Assembly: GCA_044225505.1 (NCBI GenBank)
Contig: JBGAIN010000083.1
Coordinates: 1 to 34,662 of the forward strand
DNA length: 34,662 bases
DNA from: Limisphaerales bacterium
GTDB lineage: Bacteria > Verrucomicrobiota > Verrucomicrobiia > Limisphaerales > SIBE01
Direction: 5' to 3'
Part shown: piece by piece, positions 18,408 through 28,459 of the stretch
Layout of the letters: each line of letters starts with the position of its first letter
How positions within the stretch are numbered: position 1 is the stretch's first letter
Translations under genes and position numbers: made by a program
The notes under the pieces: generated by a model
Told to the model about the DNA's origin: nothing
Seen by the model: the letters and a program-made list of their open reading frames with translations, nothing else
The model's database searches: none

Positions 18408-20258
18408 TCACAATGAATTGAGATAAGTACAGAGATCTTCGATGTCCTGAGGAGCGAGGTTGGACGTCTTGCCGTGACGATCCTCGCGATTCCGCGATGT
18501 TACGACGTCCCGAACGGTGACGGCTGAGCCGTCGTGAAGGTACGGTGCCGTTCGCCAGATTTCGAGGAGGGTGGGGGTATCAAGTTGATCTGCCGCGCGG
18601 TCGAGTTGTCCGCGGGTTCCCACGTCGTAGCGATTTAGATCGGTAAAGAGGCCTGGCGGATGGCAGTCCGCGCACCCGGCCGTTTGGAAGATCTTTTGGC
18701 CACGTTCCGCCGCTGGAGAGAGCTTGCCGTTGACCAGATTAGGGCTTGGGACCGGTCTGAGGCTCTTAAGATACTCGTCCATGGAATCGGCGACTTCCGC
18801 TGGCTGCTCTGTGAATAGAATGTGTCGAATTCCCGCACGCACCGCCATTTCTGCGGTTTCGCGCACCCCCAGGCTCATCGCCGGAGGGGTTCGGTGGACC
18901 AAGAGCAAACTTTTGTTGTTTTTCGGATTTCCCGTGCCGTCATTGAGCAAATCCCAGTTCAAGGCGTCCATGCGGGCATCTCCCGGATGACAGCTGGCAC
19001 AGCTTTGCCAGCCCTGAAAGCAAATGCTCGCATCATGAAAGTAAAATTCGCCCTTCCGAGCGAGCGTCATCGGCCTGGGCTCTGCAAGCGCGATGGATGC
19101 CGTAACCATTTTTTCTGAGATGATGCTTAGGGTGTCGGAAAAGTAATTCGCGGTAACGAGGAGTGAACCAACAAACGCGATGGCGCGCGGTCCTCGATCC
19201 GTGTTGGGCAATCGAACTCTATGACGCAGTCCCACGAGGAAGGAGAGGTCGTTGGGAACATCTGCTTGGCACCGCGAAGCGAACGAGTCGTTACTGGAGC
19301 TGGCGGCCGACGGGGTGGCGGGGATTTTGGCCAAACGAGCGCGTAGCGCTGGGAAGTCAATAACGCTGACCTCGTGTGTGCCAGCGTGTGCCACCGCTAA
19401 GGTCGCGCTATCCGAGGACCATGCAACGCCCCATGGATTGGCCGCACCGCTATCGACACTGTCGAGCAAGACGGTGTTGATTACTTCCAGGGTTTCCACG
19501 TCGATCAAAGTCCCGGCATTGGTGTTCATCCACCCTCGGTCCAATTGAGTGGCGGGCAGCGGGTAGCGGGAGAGGAGATGGCTGACAAACGCGTATTTGC
19601 CATCAGGAGAAAGTGCGATGTCGTTCAAAGAGCCGCTTCCGATGGGCAGGCGGAGCTCTTTCAGTAAAACTCCTTTGGCTACATCGAGGACAGAGACAAC
19701 GGCGGCGACATTGTCCGCGTCAGCGGCGCCATTGTGCAGGAGGTTGGCGACGAGGAGGTATCGCCCGTTTCGTGTCAGGGCTGATGCGACCGGTTCTCGT
19801 TGTACGGGCAGGCGCCGGCGCACTTCACGCGCGCTGAGGTCCAGCACACTCACATCATGGTTGAAACGATTGCAGACTAAGACCGTTTGTCCGTCCGGAC
19901 TGAACACGGGGGCCATGGCAGTGTGTCCGGCCGCCAGGCTCGCGACCACCTCGCCATCAGCAGTCTCGATGATCAAGACCTTGCTTTCCGGTCCAGCGCA
20001 GGTCACAGCTAGTTTGGATCCGTCAGCAGAAAGCGAGAGTCCCGTTGGAACGTTAGGTGTTTCGAAACAGGCAACGACCTTCCGGCTTGAGATGTCCACG
20101 CGCAGGACCTGATTCGCGGTCGCGCAGGCCACAAAGAGTGTCTTCCCGTCCCGGCCCGCGGCTAAAGCGGTGGGAGAGAGTGGCATTTCGGCGGCGGTGC
20201 ACTTCAGGAGGCCCCCCATGGAGGCCATCCAACCAAGAAGCAGAACTATGCGGTTCAT
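18408..20258 (-). CDS. Secreted YVTN-type beta-propeller fused to a diheme cytochrome c peroxidase-like domain
   Basis: 616 aa. Signal peptide; propeller repeats (SPDG..LV.N....VSV.D); two CxxCH motifs (CASCH, CADCH); CcP/MauG-type TPTL...RTAPYLHDGS. Confidence 0.9.
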   Translation of the reverse strand: MNRIVLLLGWMASMGGLLKCTAAEMPLSPTALAAGRDGKTLFVACATANQVLRVDISSRKVVACFETPNVPTGLSLSADGSKLAVTCAGPESKVLIIETADGEVVASLAAGHTAMAPVFSPDGQTVLVCNRFNHDVSVLDLSAREVRRRLPVQREPVASALTRNGRYLLVANLLHNGAADADNVAAVVSVLDVAKGVLLKELRLPIGSGSLNDIALSPDGKYAFVSHLLSRYPLPATQLDRGWMNTNAGTLIDVETLEVINTVLLDSVDSGAANPWGVAWSSDSATLAVAHAGTHEVSVIDFPALRARLAKIPATPSAASSSNDSFASRCQADVPNDLSFLVGLRHRVRLPNTDRGPRAIAFVGSLLVTANYFSDTLSIISEKMVTASIALAEPRPMTLARKGEFYFHDASICFQGWQSCASCHPGDARMDALNWDLLNDGTGNPKNNKSLLLVHRTPPAMSLGVRETAEMAVRAGIRHILFTEQPAEVADSMDEYLKSLRPVPSPNLVNGKLSPAAERGQKIFQTAGCADCHPPGLFTDLNRYDVGTRGQLDRAADQLDTPTLLEIWRTAPYLHDGSAVTVRDVVTSRNREDRHGKTSNLAPQDIEDLCTYLNSL

Positions 20259-20259
20259 G

Positions 20260-22776
20260 TTATTTCAATTCAGCGTCGAATACTTTCTGGCCCACGCGGA
20301 GCGCCGCTCGGTTCTTCTGCTCGCGCAGCCGGCGCGCCTCATACTTCGCCTCTCGCCACTGGTCGAGAGGATTGGGGTGAAACCCGGGCGCATCGGCCTC
20401 GGGCGTATCGGTCAAGAGAGTTGCACCCGAACGGATCAGGGCGAGGGCTTCGCGGTAGAGTGGGTCGGTGCTGGAACCGAATCCAGATAAACACGGACTC
20501 AGTTCTGGCCGGTCGAAGCTAATTTTAGGACCGCGATTGCTCGCATGGGTGGCGGTCTGGCGCAGAGGAATTCCGGTGAGTTGTTCGAGCCGGCCGAGTT
20601 GTGCGTCGTTGAGAGGCGACCGGCCGGCCAAATTGTTCGGATATGCGCATGCGTAACTTGGGTAATAGGGCGCGTTAAGGTCGATCCAAGTGACGATTCG
20701 CTCCCAATCTTCTGGTGAAAGTGTGCTGCGGCAGCGCGGTTGCTCCCTAAGGACAGCCACGAGTTTGCTGGCGTGCGCTCCCCAGCTGTACGGTTTCTGC
20801 GTTTCGGACGGCCCAGCCCCGACCACCGTAAGGTAATTCTTTCTCCAGAGCTCGTTATAGGAAGCGTTGAACACCAAGTCGCGATCCGCGGCCAAATTGA
20901 GAACATGGCCTGCGGTCGTATTGAAGTCGTGACAACGAACACAGTGTCGATCAAACACCGGTTGCACTTCCGCGAGGTAGTTGAAATCGCGCGCGGGTCC
21001 GTGCCAACCCTCAAGTGTCGCAGGCGGCTTGTGGAACGCGGTCTGACCTCTGTTGTTCACCGGGCTCGGTGCCAGGCGTCGATCTTCATGGCACCCGATG
21101 CAACTCGATCGTTCGCCCGATTGTACCATCACACCACTCCGCATCGACTGGACCATGAGGCCGTCCTGATCGAGCAATTGGAAATAGACGAACTTGTCCG
21201 GGGGAACCGTAAAATTCGCGGACCCGTCGTCGGCCACGGGCACGGTCCCTAAAATCCGTTTGTTGTTGAAGTCATGCCAGTTCATCGCGGGCGCTTCCTG
21301 GCCTTGGCCCCCCCATGCTGGCCGGGTCCAGAATCGCTTTTCCGGAGATTCTACCACCCGTAGCCATTTGATCGTGCCGCGGCGGACGCTCGCCATCTCG
21401 ATGCCCTGATAGACATCCTGGACGTAGAAGTGCCCCGGTTCGTTGTCATAGTTCCGGCGCGAGGGAATAGTGGGCGGCCGCATTCGAGGTGCCACAGGCA
21501 TGGGATCGAAGCAACCTGGCGCTTCCGCATGAATTAAGAGTTCATTTCCAAATCGATCGAGAAGTTCGATGGCCATCTCGTCCCCTTGGCCCGTCATTTT
21601 CGCGGCCAGAAAGTATTTCTCTCCAAGTGGAAACGGATCTTCGTATTTTGCTTTCACGCGAGTGAAAGCATCGAAGATCTCCCAGCCAGATTGTCGAATA
21701 AGATTGGTCGCACTAGACGGCCACATTTGCAGGACAGGCGTGGCACCGTCCATGCCCAAGCGTCGGTCAATCAGGGCTAACGCTCCCCAAGGCCGGTCGT
21801 GACACGAGCCAAAGACGCAGATGGCCAATTCGCTGTCCGGGATCGCGCGCGCATCAATGACCGCCCCGGGCGCCGCCGTGTTGTTTCCCCAGAAGGCATG
21901 ATGTGCTGTCCCGTCCGGGTTGGCCGTCCAGAGCGCTTGCGCATCGCCGAAATTTCGATCCACGTATTCCCATCGATCGTAAAGAATTCGTCCATCTGGC
22001 ATGAGTGAGCCATGCCCTTCGAAAAGCGTGCTTTTGCCAATCTGGTGAATGTTGGAGCCGTCACGTTCCATGCGAAACAGATTGGCCATGACATGGCGAT
22101 TGCACATGCAGTACTTCGGCTCGCGAGTTGACGAGAAGGCGATGCTGCCGTCCGCTAAGTAAAACGGGTCTAGGTCATCGACGTCCGTGGCAAAAGTCAG
22201 TTGACGAAGCTCCGTCCCGTCAGCCCGAATCTCATAAATATGATAACTGGCGGTGACATTCGTCCGCATGGAAAAGAGAATATGGGCGCCGTCAAAGTCG
22301 ACCTCCGGATCACGCAGCACGCCGTCCGCCGTTTCTAAAAGCGTCGTGACTTTGCCCCCTTTGGCCAGATCGATCTGCTTCAATGCGGCGCCAGGCGTAA
22401 ACGAACCGTCGTTATATTCGTGCTGGGCGGCGGGGAAAAAAGTGGCTGTGTTATGGTGGTCTGGACGGTATTGCTTGCGCACGACGAACAGGATGGGATG
22501 CGCCGAGACCAGTGGATTTGCTAAAAGCGCTTCGCTTTCCAGCTGCCTGTACTCGCGTTCTGCCGAGGTTGCTGGGCTGACGCCCGGCGAATGCAATCGC
22601 GATTCGATCCGGTCGAGTCTTTCAAGAAACCTTGGCCCGCCCGGATAACTTTCTCCAAAAGTGACGCTGAGATCTTTGATAGCTGCGCGAAGCGAACCGG
22701 GCTCAGGTGCCGCCAAGCTGAGGAATGATAGCCCCATCCCAACGCTCGAGATCAAGACCCAGCGTGTGATATTCAT
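20260..22776 (-). CDS. Hydrazine synthase alpha-subunit-like protein (TolB-like propeller + HZS-alpha middle domain + diheme c domain)
   Basis: 838 aa. Signal peptide; LRQLT...DLDPFYLADG.IAFSSTR; DGRILYDRWEYVDR; LWTANPDGT; LGTVPVADDGSANFTVP....YFQLLD.DG..VQSMRS.....GE..SCIGCHE; VQPVFDRHCVRCH. Confidence 0.85.
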   Translation of the reverse strand: MNITRWVLISSVGMGLSFLSLAAPEPGSLRAAIKDLSVTFGESYPGGPRFLERLDRIESRLHSPGVSPATSAEREYRQLESEALLANPLVSAHPILFVVRKQYRPDHHNTATFFPAAQHEYNDGSFTPGAALKQIDLAKGGKVTTLLETADGVLRDPEVDFDGAHILFSMRTNVTASYHIYEIRADGTELRQLTFATDVDDLDPFYLADGSIAFSSTREPKYCMCNRHVMANLFRMERDGSNIHQIGKSTLFEGHGSLMPDGRILYDRWEYVDRNFGDAQALWTANPDGTAHHAFWGNNTAAPGAVIDARAIPDSELAICVFGSCHDRPWGALALIDRRLGMDGATPVLQMWPSSATNLIRQSGWEIFDAFTRVKAKYEDPFPLGEKYFLAAKMTGQGDEMAIELLDRFGNELLIHAEAPGCFDPMPVAPRMRPPTIPSRRNYDNEPGHFYVQDVYQGIEMASVRRGTIKWLRVVESPEKRFWTRPAWGGQGQEAPAMNWHDFNNKRILGTVPVADDGSANFTVPPDKFVYFQLLDQDGLMVQSMRSGVMVQSGERSSCIGCHEDRRLAPSPVNNRGQTAFHKPPATLEGWHGPARDFNYLAEVQPVFDRHCVRCHDFNTTAGHVLNLAADRDLVFNASYNELWRKNYLTVVGAGPSETQKPYSWGAHASKLVAVLREQPRCRSTLSPEDWERIVTWIDLNAPYYPSYACAYPNNLAGRSPLNDAQLGRLEQLTGIPLRQTATHASNRGPKISFDRPELSPCLSGFGSSTDPLYREALALIRSGATLLTDTPEADAPGFHPNPLDQWREAKYEARRLREQKNRAALRVGQKVFDAELK

Positions 22777-23047
22777 TAGATTAGGCGGGAAGCGTATCCT
22801 GTCTCGTTAAAATTAGGAAGAGCGATCTGCCATTCGTGTGCAAAACTTTCGCCTGCGCCTCCAGGCGGGCGCTTTTCCCGGTTAACTGTAGCCCGGGGTG
22901 CACGCCGGTCAGAAACGCATCGGCCGAGTCAATGTGCAATGCAACGCTGCAACCTGACGGACAGAGTGACTTGCAGCGGTTGGAGTGTGTCGCGGGACAC
23001 CGACTGGAACAGCGCAGCCAAACCTGCACGTGCGTGCGTGACCCTTC

Positions 23048-23076
23048 TTGACCATCAGACGGTGCGTTCCTATAAA
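23048..23076 (+). promoter_or_regulatory. Putative sigma70 promoter of the radical SAM gene
   Basis: TTGACC (23048-23053), 17-bp spacer, TATAAA (23071-23076). Confidence 0.55.
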
Positions 23077-23172
23077 ATGCCTCCAAGGCGGCGGTTAAAT
23101 CGTTCGCTCGCGGATTGAAAAGCCATAATGCCAGTTCAGGCGTTACGAGGTCGGCCACTGCGATCAACGTTC

Positions 23173-24465
23173 ATGGCGGACCGTAAACTCACTCTCTTGC
23201 TGATCACGGTATCTTCACCGGGAATTCTCAGGCGGAGACGTTCTCGCGTGCTGAATTTTCAGCAAGTTACGATGCCATATCTCGCCGCCTTCGTTCCGCC
23301 CCATTGGGAGGTTTTGCACGTTGACGAGGCGGTGAACGCGGTGGATTTGACCACGCGCGCCGATTTGGTGGGTCTCACGTTTCATACGCCGAGTGCGCCT
23401 CATGCGTATGCATTGGCGGCTCGCTTCCGAGCGCGGGGCATCCCCGTGGTGCTCGGTGGACCGCATGTCACTTTGGTTTCCGATGAGGCTGAAAAACACG
23501 CCGATGTGGTTTTTGTCGGAGAAGCAGAAGACTCATGGCCTCAGTTCCTGCGGGACTTTGAGTCTGGGCACTTTCAACGCCGCTACCAGTCAAATGCGCT
23601 GCCGTCCTTAGAGGCCGTCCCCGCGGCGCGGAAGGAACTGTTTCATCGACGCGACCATGCCGCGGGAGTTCTGTTTGCCACACGAGGGTGCGCTTATCGA
23701 TGCGACTTTTGCAGTATTGCAGTCATGTATCGAAGTACGCTCCGCAAGCGTCCTGTCGAGTCTGTCTCCCGGGAGTTTGGGGCTTTCCGAGGCAAAGTGA
23801 TCATCCTCTGGGATGACAATCTCAGCGGCGATATGGCCTACGCCAAAGAGTTGTTCCGGGCGCTGGCGCCCTATCGGAAATGGTGGAGCAGCCAAGTCAG
23901 CATCCAAGCGTCAGCGGACGAGGAGTTTCTGGAGTTGGCTGCCGCTAGCGGGTGTAAGCAACTGTTTGTGGGCCTCGAATCTGTTAGTCAGGCTAGCCTG
24001 GATGGGGTTTCAAAAGGATTTAATCGGGTGCAACAGTATGCTGAGGCGATTGCGCGCATACATTCTCATGGGATCGCGGTTCAGGCTGGGCTGGTTTTCG
24101 GCTTCGATCACGACACGCCGTCCGTTTTTGATGAGACCTTGGAGTTCCTCGAATCCACAGGAGTGCAAAATGCGACCTTTAACATTTTGACGCCCTTCCC
24201 TGGAACGCCGCTATATTACCGTTTCGAAAAAGAAGGAAGGATTCTGACGCGAGATTGGACCAAGTATAACGGTCGAACCGACGTTGTCTTCCAGCCCCGG
24301 CAGTTGAGCGTGCCGGCCCTGCTGGAAGGCTTCCGCGAAATCAACCGGCGCTTTTATTCGTGGCGGAGCATTGCCAAGCGGTTAAGCTGCTCTCCGGTGC
24401 AATGGCCATGGGCTCTTCCTTTGAACTTGGCCTATGCCTTCGCCCTTCGGCGCAATGCAGATTGA
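23173..24465 (+). CDS. B12-binding-domain radical SAM protein
   Basis: N-terminal cobalamin-binding domain (ADLVGLT...PVVLGGPHVT...VFVGEAE); CxxxCxxC motif TRGCAYRCDFC; GLES; LTPFPGTPLY. Start at ATG 23173. Confidence 0.93.
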   Translation: MADRKLTLLLITVSSPGILRRRRSRVLNFQQVTMPYLAAFVPPHWEVLHVDEAVNAVDLTTRADLVGLTFHTPSAPHAYALAARFRARGIPVVLGGPHVTLVSDEAEKHADVVFVGEAEDSWPQFLRDFESGHFQRRYQSNALPSLEAVPAARKELFHRRDHAAGVLFATRGCAYRCDFCSIAVMYRSTLRKRPVESVSREFGAFRGKVIILWDDNLSGDMAYAKELFRALAPYRKWWSSQVSIQASADEEFLELAAASGCKQLFVGLESVSQASLDGVSKGFNRVQQYAEAIARIHSHGIAVQAGLVFGFDHDTPSVFDETLEFLESTGVQNATFNILTPFPGTPLYYRFEKEGRILTRDWTKYNGRTDVVFQPRQLSVPALLEGFREINRRFYSWRSIAKRLSCSPVQWPWALPLNLAYAFALRRNAD

Positions 24466-24620
24466 CCGCGACGGGAAAACGTTGAGCAAATCTCGCTGTT
24501 TAATAGTCTTTTTCTTCCTTGCTCCTAAGCAGTAGGAATTAGAGGATGTTGCGGGTCGGTATTTTATCATGCGCAATCCTGATGATGATTCGCAAAGCTC
24601 AAACGGAAGATCAGACGTTT

Positions 24621-25949
24621 ATGAAAGCTCTCAATCGCTTCCCCTTCACACGACGGCAGTTTTTAACTCGTGGAATGAAAGCCGCGACCGCGGTGGCAAT
24701 CCCTTGTCTGATCCCCGCATCGGCGCTCGGACTTTCTGGAAAGGTTCCACCAAGCGAGCGGATCGTAATGGGCGGCATTGGCCTGGGGGGACGCGGTTCG
24801 TACGACTTGGGCTATATGTTGAACGAGCCGGATGTCCAATGGACCGCAGTTTGTGATCTAGTGAAAAACCGGCGCGAGGCTGCCAAGGGCATCGTCGATC
24901 GCAAGTACGGAAACAGCGACTGCGCAATTTACAGCGATTTGCGTGAGCTGCTCGCGGAGCAAACCGGGATTGACGCCGTCCTGATCGCCACAGGCGATCG
25001 ATGGCATGCGTTGGCTTCAGTTTTGGCCATGCGCGCCGGGAAAGATGTCTACTGCGAGAAACCAGCCTGTTTAACCATGGCGCAAGGACAGATGGTGGTG
25101 GAGACAGCACGTCGTTACGGGCGAGTTTATCAAACGGGCGCGCAACGACTCAGCGAGCCAGCCCACGTCTTCGCGATTGAAGCAGCTCGGTCTGGTCGCT
25201 TGGGGCCTGTCCATACCGCCTATGCCGACATTCGGTGGCGGGACGGCATGCGGCGCGATTGGCTACCCGCGGAAAATGAACCTCTAAAGGAGGATTTCGA
25301 TTGGGATCTCTGGCTGGGAGCGTGCCCTTGGCGCCCGTATAACAGCGGCTACGTTAACGGCGGCGGATGGTATCATTACTATGACTTTGCGACAGACGTG
25401 GCGATGTGGGGGGCGCATACGGTCGCTCAAGCGCTGGCGGGATTAGACCTGACCAACGTGTCGAGCATTAAGTTCGAATACGCCGGACCGGATGCGACAA
25501 TGGTGACCCGTTTGTCTAACGGGGTGAAGCTCGTGCTTTACCGCGTGGGCGGCTCGGTCTGGGAACCGTGTGCGTATTGGCATGGGGCTTGTGGAGAACG
25601 GTTCGAGGGGCCGGAGGGCTGGATCGCCGCTGCTGACGGTTACACCAAGCCAGATGTCTCTTCTCCCGGATTGCTGCGCGACTATACAAAAGTCTTAGCC
25701 GAATACGTCGCCCGGACGCAGCGGCCTCTCAATCATGTGCGGGATTTCTTCGATTGCATTCGCTCGCGTCGGGCGACCGTTGCCAGTCCTGAAGTTATGT
25801 ATCGCTCCATGAGCATCTGTTTAGCCGCCGATATTTGCGAGCAGTTGCAGCGCAACCTTCAATTCAATTTGGCGACGTCGGAGTTTGTCGATGACACCGA
25901 GGCGAATCGGATGCGATCGCGAGCGACCCGGTCTCCCTATTCCTTTTAA
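24621..25949 (+). CDS. Tat-exported Gfo/Idh/MocA NAD(P)-dependent oxidoreductase
   Basis: Twin-arginine FTRRQFL; PPSERIVMGGIGLGGRG; DAVLIATGDRWH; GKDVYCEKP; DWDLWLG..P. Start at ATG 24621. Confidence 0.92.
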   Translation: MKALNRFPFTRRQFLTRGMKAATAVAIPCLIPASALGLSGKVPPSERIVMGGIGLGGRGSYDLGYMLNEPDVQWTAVCDLVKNRREAAKGIVDRKYGNSDCAIYSDLRELLAEQTGIDAVLIATGDRWHALASVLAMRAGKDVYCEKPACLTMAQGQMVVETARRYGRVYQTGAQRLSEPAHVFAIEAARSGRLGPVHTAYADIRWRDGMRRDWLPAENEPLKEDFDWDLWLGACPWRPYNSGYVNGGGWYHYYDFATDVAMWGAHTVAQALAGLDLTNVSSIKFEYAGPDATMVTRLSNGVKLVLYRVGGSVWEPCAYWHGACGERFEGPEGWIAAADGYTKPDVSSPGLLRDYTKVLAEYVARTQRPLNHVRDFFDCIRSRRATVASPEVMYRSMSICLAADICEQLQRNLQFNLATSEFVDDTEANRMRSRATRSPYSF

Positions 25950-25969
25950 CCCCTCTCGGGCCAAATGCT

Positions 25970-28459
25970 ATGAAACAACTGCTGATTGCCTTTTGCCTTT
26001 TCGCCGTCACTGCTTTCGGCCAGGAAGAGAAACTCTTGGGCGTCCTGAAGTCGGACGCGCCGACGAAGGACAAAATGGATGCTTGTCGCGAATTGGCTCG
26101 TGTGGCCACTCCGCAAGCCGTGCCTGTGCTCGCGTCGCTTTTGGCAGACGAGAGCTTGTCCCATATGGCTCGCTATGCATTGGAACCGATCGCCGATCCG
26201 TCCGTGGACGCCGCGTTGCGAGAAACCCTGGGAAAAGTCAAAGGCCGCATTCTCACGGGCATCATTGGGAGCCTGGGCTCTCGTAAAGACACCCGCGCCG
26301 TTGAACCCCTGGCGCAGAAGCTTCATGACGCTGATCCCGCGGTTGTGGAGGCAGCAGCTCGAGCTCTTGGCAGCATTGGCGCGGAAGCGCGGCCAGCTTT
26401 GGAGGCGGCCTTGACCACCGTCACTCGAAATGCGCAACTCGCTATTTGTGAGGGATTATTCCGGTGTGCGGAAGCGATGCGCCCTTCCGAAGCAGTGGCG
26501 ATCTATGAGACGATTCGAAAATTGCCCGAGTTGCCAGCGCAAGTTCGGTTGGCGGCACTTAAGGGGACCGTGCGTACTCGCGGCCCGGAAGGCGTGGTGT
26601 TGATGGTGGACGCGATTCGCGGCGGGGCCTTGAGAGAAGCGGTTTCGGCGGTGGAGTCTGTGACCGGAGTTTCAAAGGAGGAACTGACCCGTGTGTTAGG
26701 CAGCGAACTGACCCAGGCTAACGAGGAAATGCGGTCTGTGCTGATCCGAATCTTGGGTTACTGGGGCGATACGACGGCGGTCCCGTTCCTTGCGCCTTGG
26801 GTAAAGCGTGGTTCGGCGCGCCTGCGTGTGACGGCTATCCAAAGCTTGGTGCAACTTGGCCAAAGCACTTTGGTGCCGACGTTGGTGGAACTAGCAAAAG
26901 ATAGCGAGCCAGCCGTGGCAAGTGCCGCCCAGGCTGGGCTGTTCGCATTCCCTGGCGGCGAAGCGGATGCCGCGATACAGAGCCTGATACAGGACAGGGA
27001 TGCGGGACTTCGGGTGGCCGCGAGCAGTGCGGTGGCTCAGCGCCGCCTCGTCTTGGCAATCCCGGATTTACTGAAAGCGGCATTGGATGCCGACGAAACG
27101 GTGGCGGCCGCCGGTTTTAAAGCGCTTGGCGAACTCGCATCGGCTACCGAGATAGTCGCAATGGTGGACGCTGCGTTAACCACTAAAGCCGTGGCAGCGG
27201 CGGAATCGGCGCTGTCGGCGCTATGTGCGCGGCAAGCGAGCCCGGAATCGTGTCTCAATGGTTTACTCGCGGGACTAACTAAGGCCCAGGGGGAGTCAAA
27301 GCTGGCTTTGCTGCGGGTCCTCGGCGCGATTGGCAGCCAGGAAGCCTTGTCGGCGCTTCGAGTGGCGGCGGCCGATCCGGACGCGTCTGTAAAGGAAACT
27401 GCCATTCGTGTCCTATGTGATTGGCCGAGTGTCGACGCCCTGCCTGATTTGGCGCGGATTGCTGCGGCAGCGCAGGCTCCGAATCTTCGAATTCTGGCTC
27501 TGCGGGGACAATTACGACTGATACCGCTTCAGTCCGTGACGGACGCCAAGAAAGTGTCGGACGTCCGCGCTCTCGTGCCAATGCTGGAAAGGGCCGAGGA
27601 AAAACGTCTCGCCCTGGCCGTCTTAACCGACGTTCCGACCTCAGAATCACTGGAGTTGGCGACTTCCTATTTAAACTCAAGCGAGGTGAGCGAAGAGGCG
27701 AGTGTGGCAGCGGTGACGATTGCCGAAAGGCTGGTCGCGCGTCAACCGATCAAGGTGGCGGATGCCCTGGAACGCCTGACCACGAACAACCCTTCACTGA
27801 CTGAGCGTGTCCGCAAATTGCGAACACGCCTGGCCGAGAGTGCGGAAGCAGGGTTCACAGCAATCTTCAATGGCAAGGACCTGACGGGGTGGCATGGAAA
27901 ACCGGGGTGGTGGACGGTTGAGGATGGCGCTCTCACTTCCGAGAGCACGCCGGATAAGCCATGTCGGGAATGCAATTACCTGATCTGGCGCGGTGGGCGA
28001 CCTGGAGATTTCGAGTTGCGGGCCGAGTTTAAGCTCAGTCGCAGCGCTAATTCCGGAATCCAAATACGCTCCGAGGAGCGTGCGAATTGGGATACTTCTG
28101 GTTACCAAGCCGACATGACCGGGGATGGCGAGTTGATCGGTTTTGTCTATCATCACCAACGTGGCCTGATCGCAGGGCGAGGCGAAAAGGCTCTCTTTGA
28201 TTCAGAAGGTCGCAAGACGGGCGCAAGGTTCGGGGATGCCGCCGACTTATTAAAGAGTTTCAAACCTGAAGATTGGAACACCTACCGCGTCGTCTGCGAG
28301 GGGCCGGAGATAACCTTGTTTATCAACGGGGTGCGGATGTGCCAAGTGGAGGACCATCACGCTTCCCAAGCGGCGGCGCGAGGCATCATCGCGCTCCAAA
28401 TGCATCCTGGACCGCCGATGAAAGTCCAGTTCCGGAACATACGGTTGCGTGAATTCTAA
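25970..28459 (+). CDS. Secreted HEAT-repeat protein with C-terminal DUF1080 (3-keto-glycoside hydrolase/lyase-like) domain
   Basis: Signal peptide; about 600 aa of HEAT repeats; then FNGKDLTGW...W.VEDG...DFELRAEFK...NSGIQ.RS...GYQAD...WNTY...GIIALQMH...VQFRNIRL. Confidence 0.9.
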   Translation: MKQLLIAFCLFAVTAFGQEEKLLGVLKSDAPTKDKMDACRELARVATPQAVPVLASLLADESLSHMARYALEPIADPSVDAALRETLGKVKGRILTGIIGSLGSRKDTRAVEPLAQKLHDADPAVVEAAARALGSIGAEARPALEAALTTVTRNAQLAICEGLFRCAEAMRPSEAVAIYETIRKLPELPAQVRLAALKGTVRTRGPEGVVLMVDAIRGGALREAVSAVESVTGVSKEELTRVLGSELTQANEEMRSVLIRILGYWGDTTAVPFLAPWVKRGSARLRVTAIQSLVQLGQSTLVPTLVELAKDSEPAVASAAQAGLFAFPGGEADAAIQSLIQDRDAGLRVAASSAVAQRRLVLAIPDLLKAALDADETVAAAGFKALGELASATEIVAMVDAALTTKAVAAAESALSALCARQASPESCLNGLLAGLTKAQGESKLALLRVLGAIGSQEALSALRVAAADPDASVKETAIRVLCDWPSVDALPDLARIAAAAQAPNLRILALRGQLRLIPLQSVTDAKKVSDVRALVPMLERAEEKRLALAVLTDVPTSESLELATSYLNSSEVSEEASVAAVTIAERLVARQPIKVADALERLTTNNPSLTERVRKLRTRLAESAEAGFTAIFNGKDLTGWHGKPGWWTVEDGALTSESTPDKPCRECNYLIWRGGRPGDFELRAEFKLSRSANSGIQIRSEERANWDTSGYQADMTGDGELIGFVYHHQRGLIAGRGEKALFDSEGRKTGARFGDAADLLKSFKPEDWNTYRVVCEGPEITLFINGVRMCQVEDHHASQAAARGIIALQMHPGPPMKVQFRNIRLREF

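Noticed and set aside
20260..22776. Calling this gene hzsA or the organism anammox
   Set aside because: Similarity is at the domain-architecture level only; the Tyr ligand after the first heme motif is absent and there is no anammox gene context.
22781..23167. 128-aa minus-strand ORF in the divergent gap
   Set aside because: Covers the putative promoter and has no motifs; more likely regulatory DNA.
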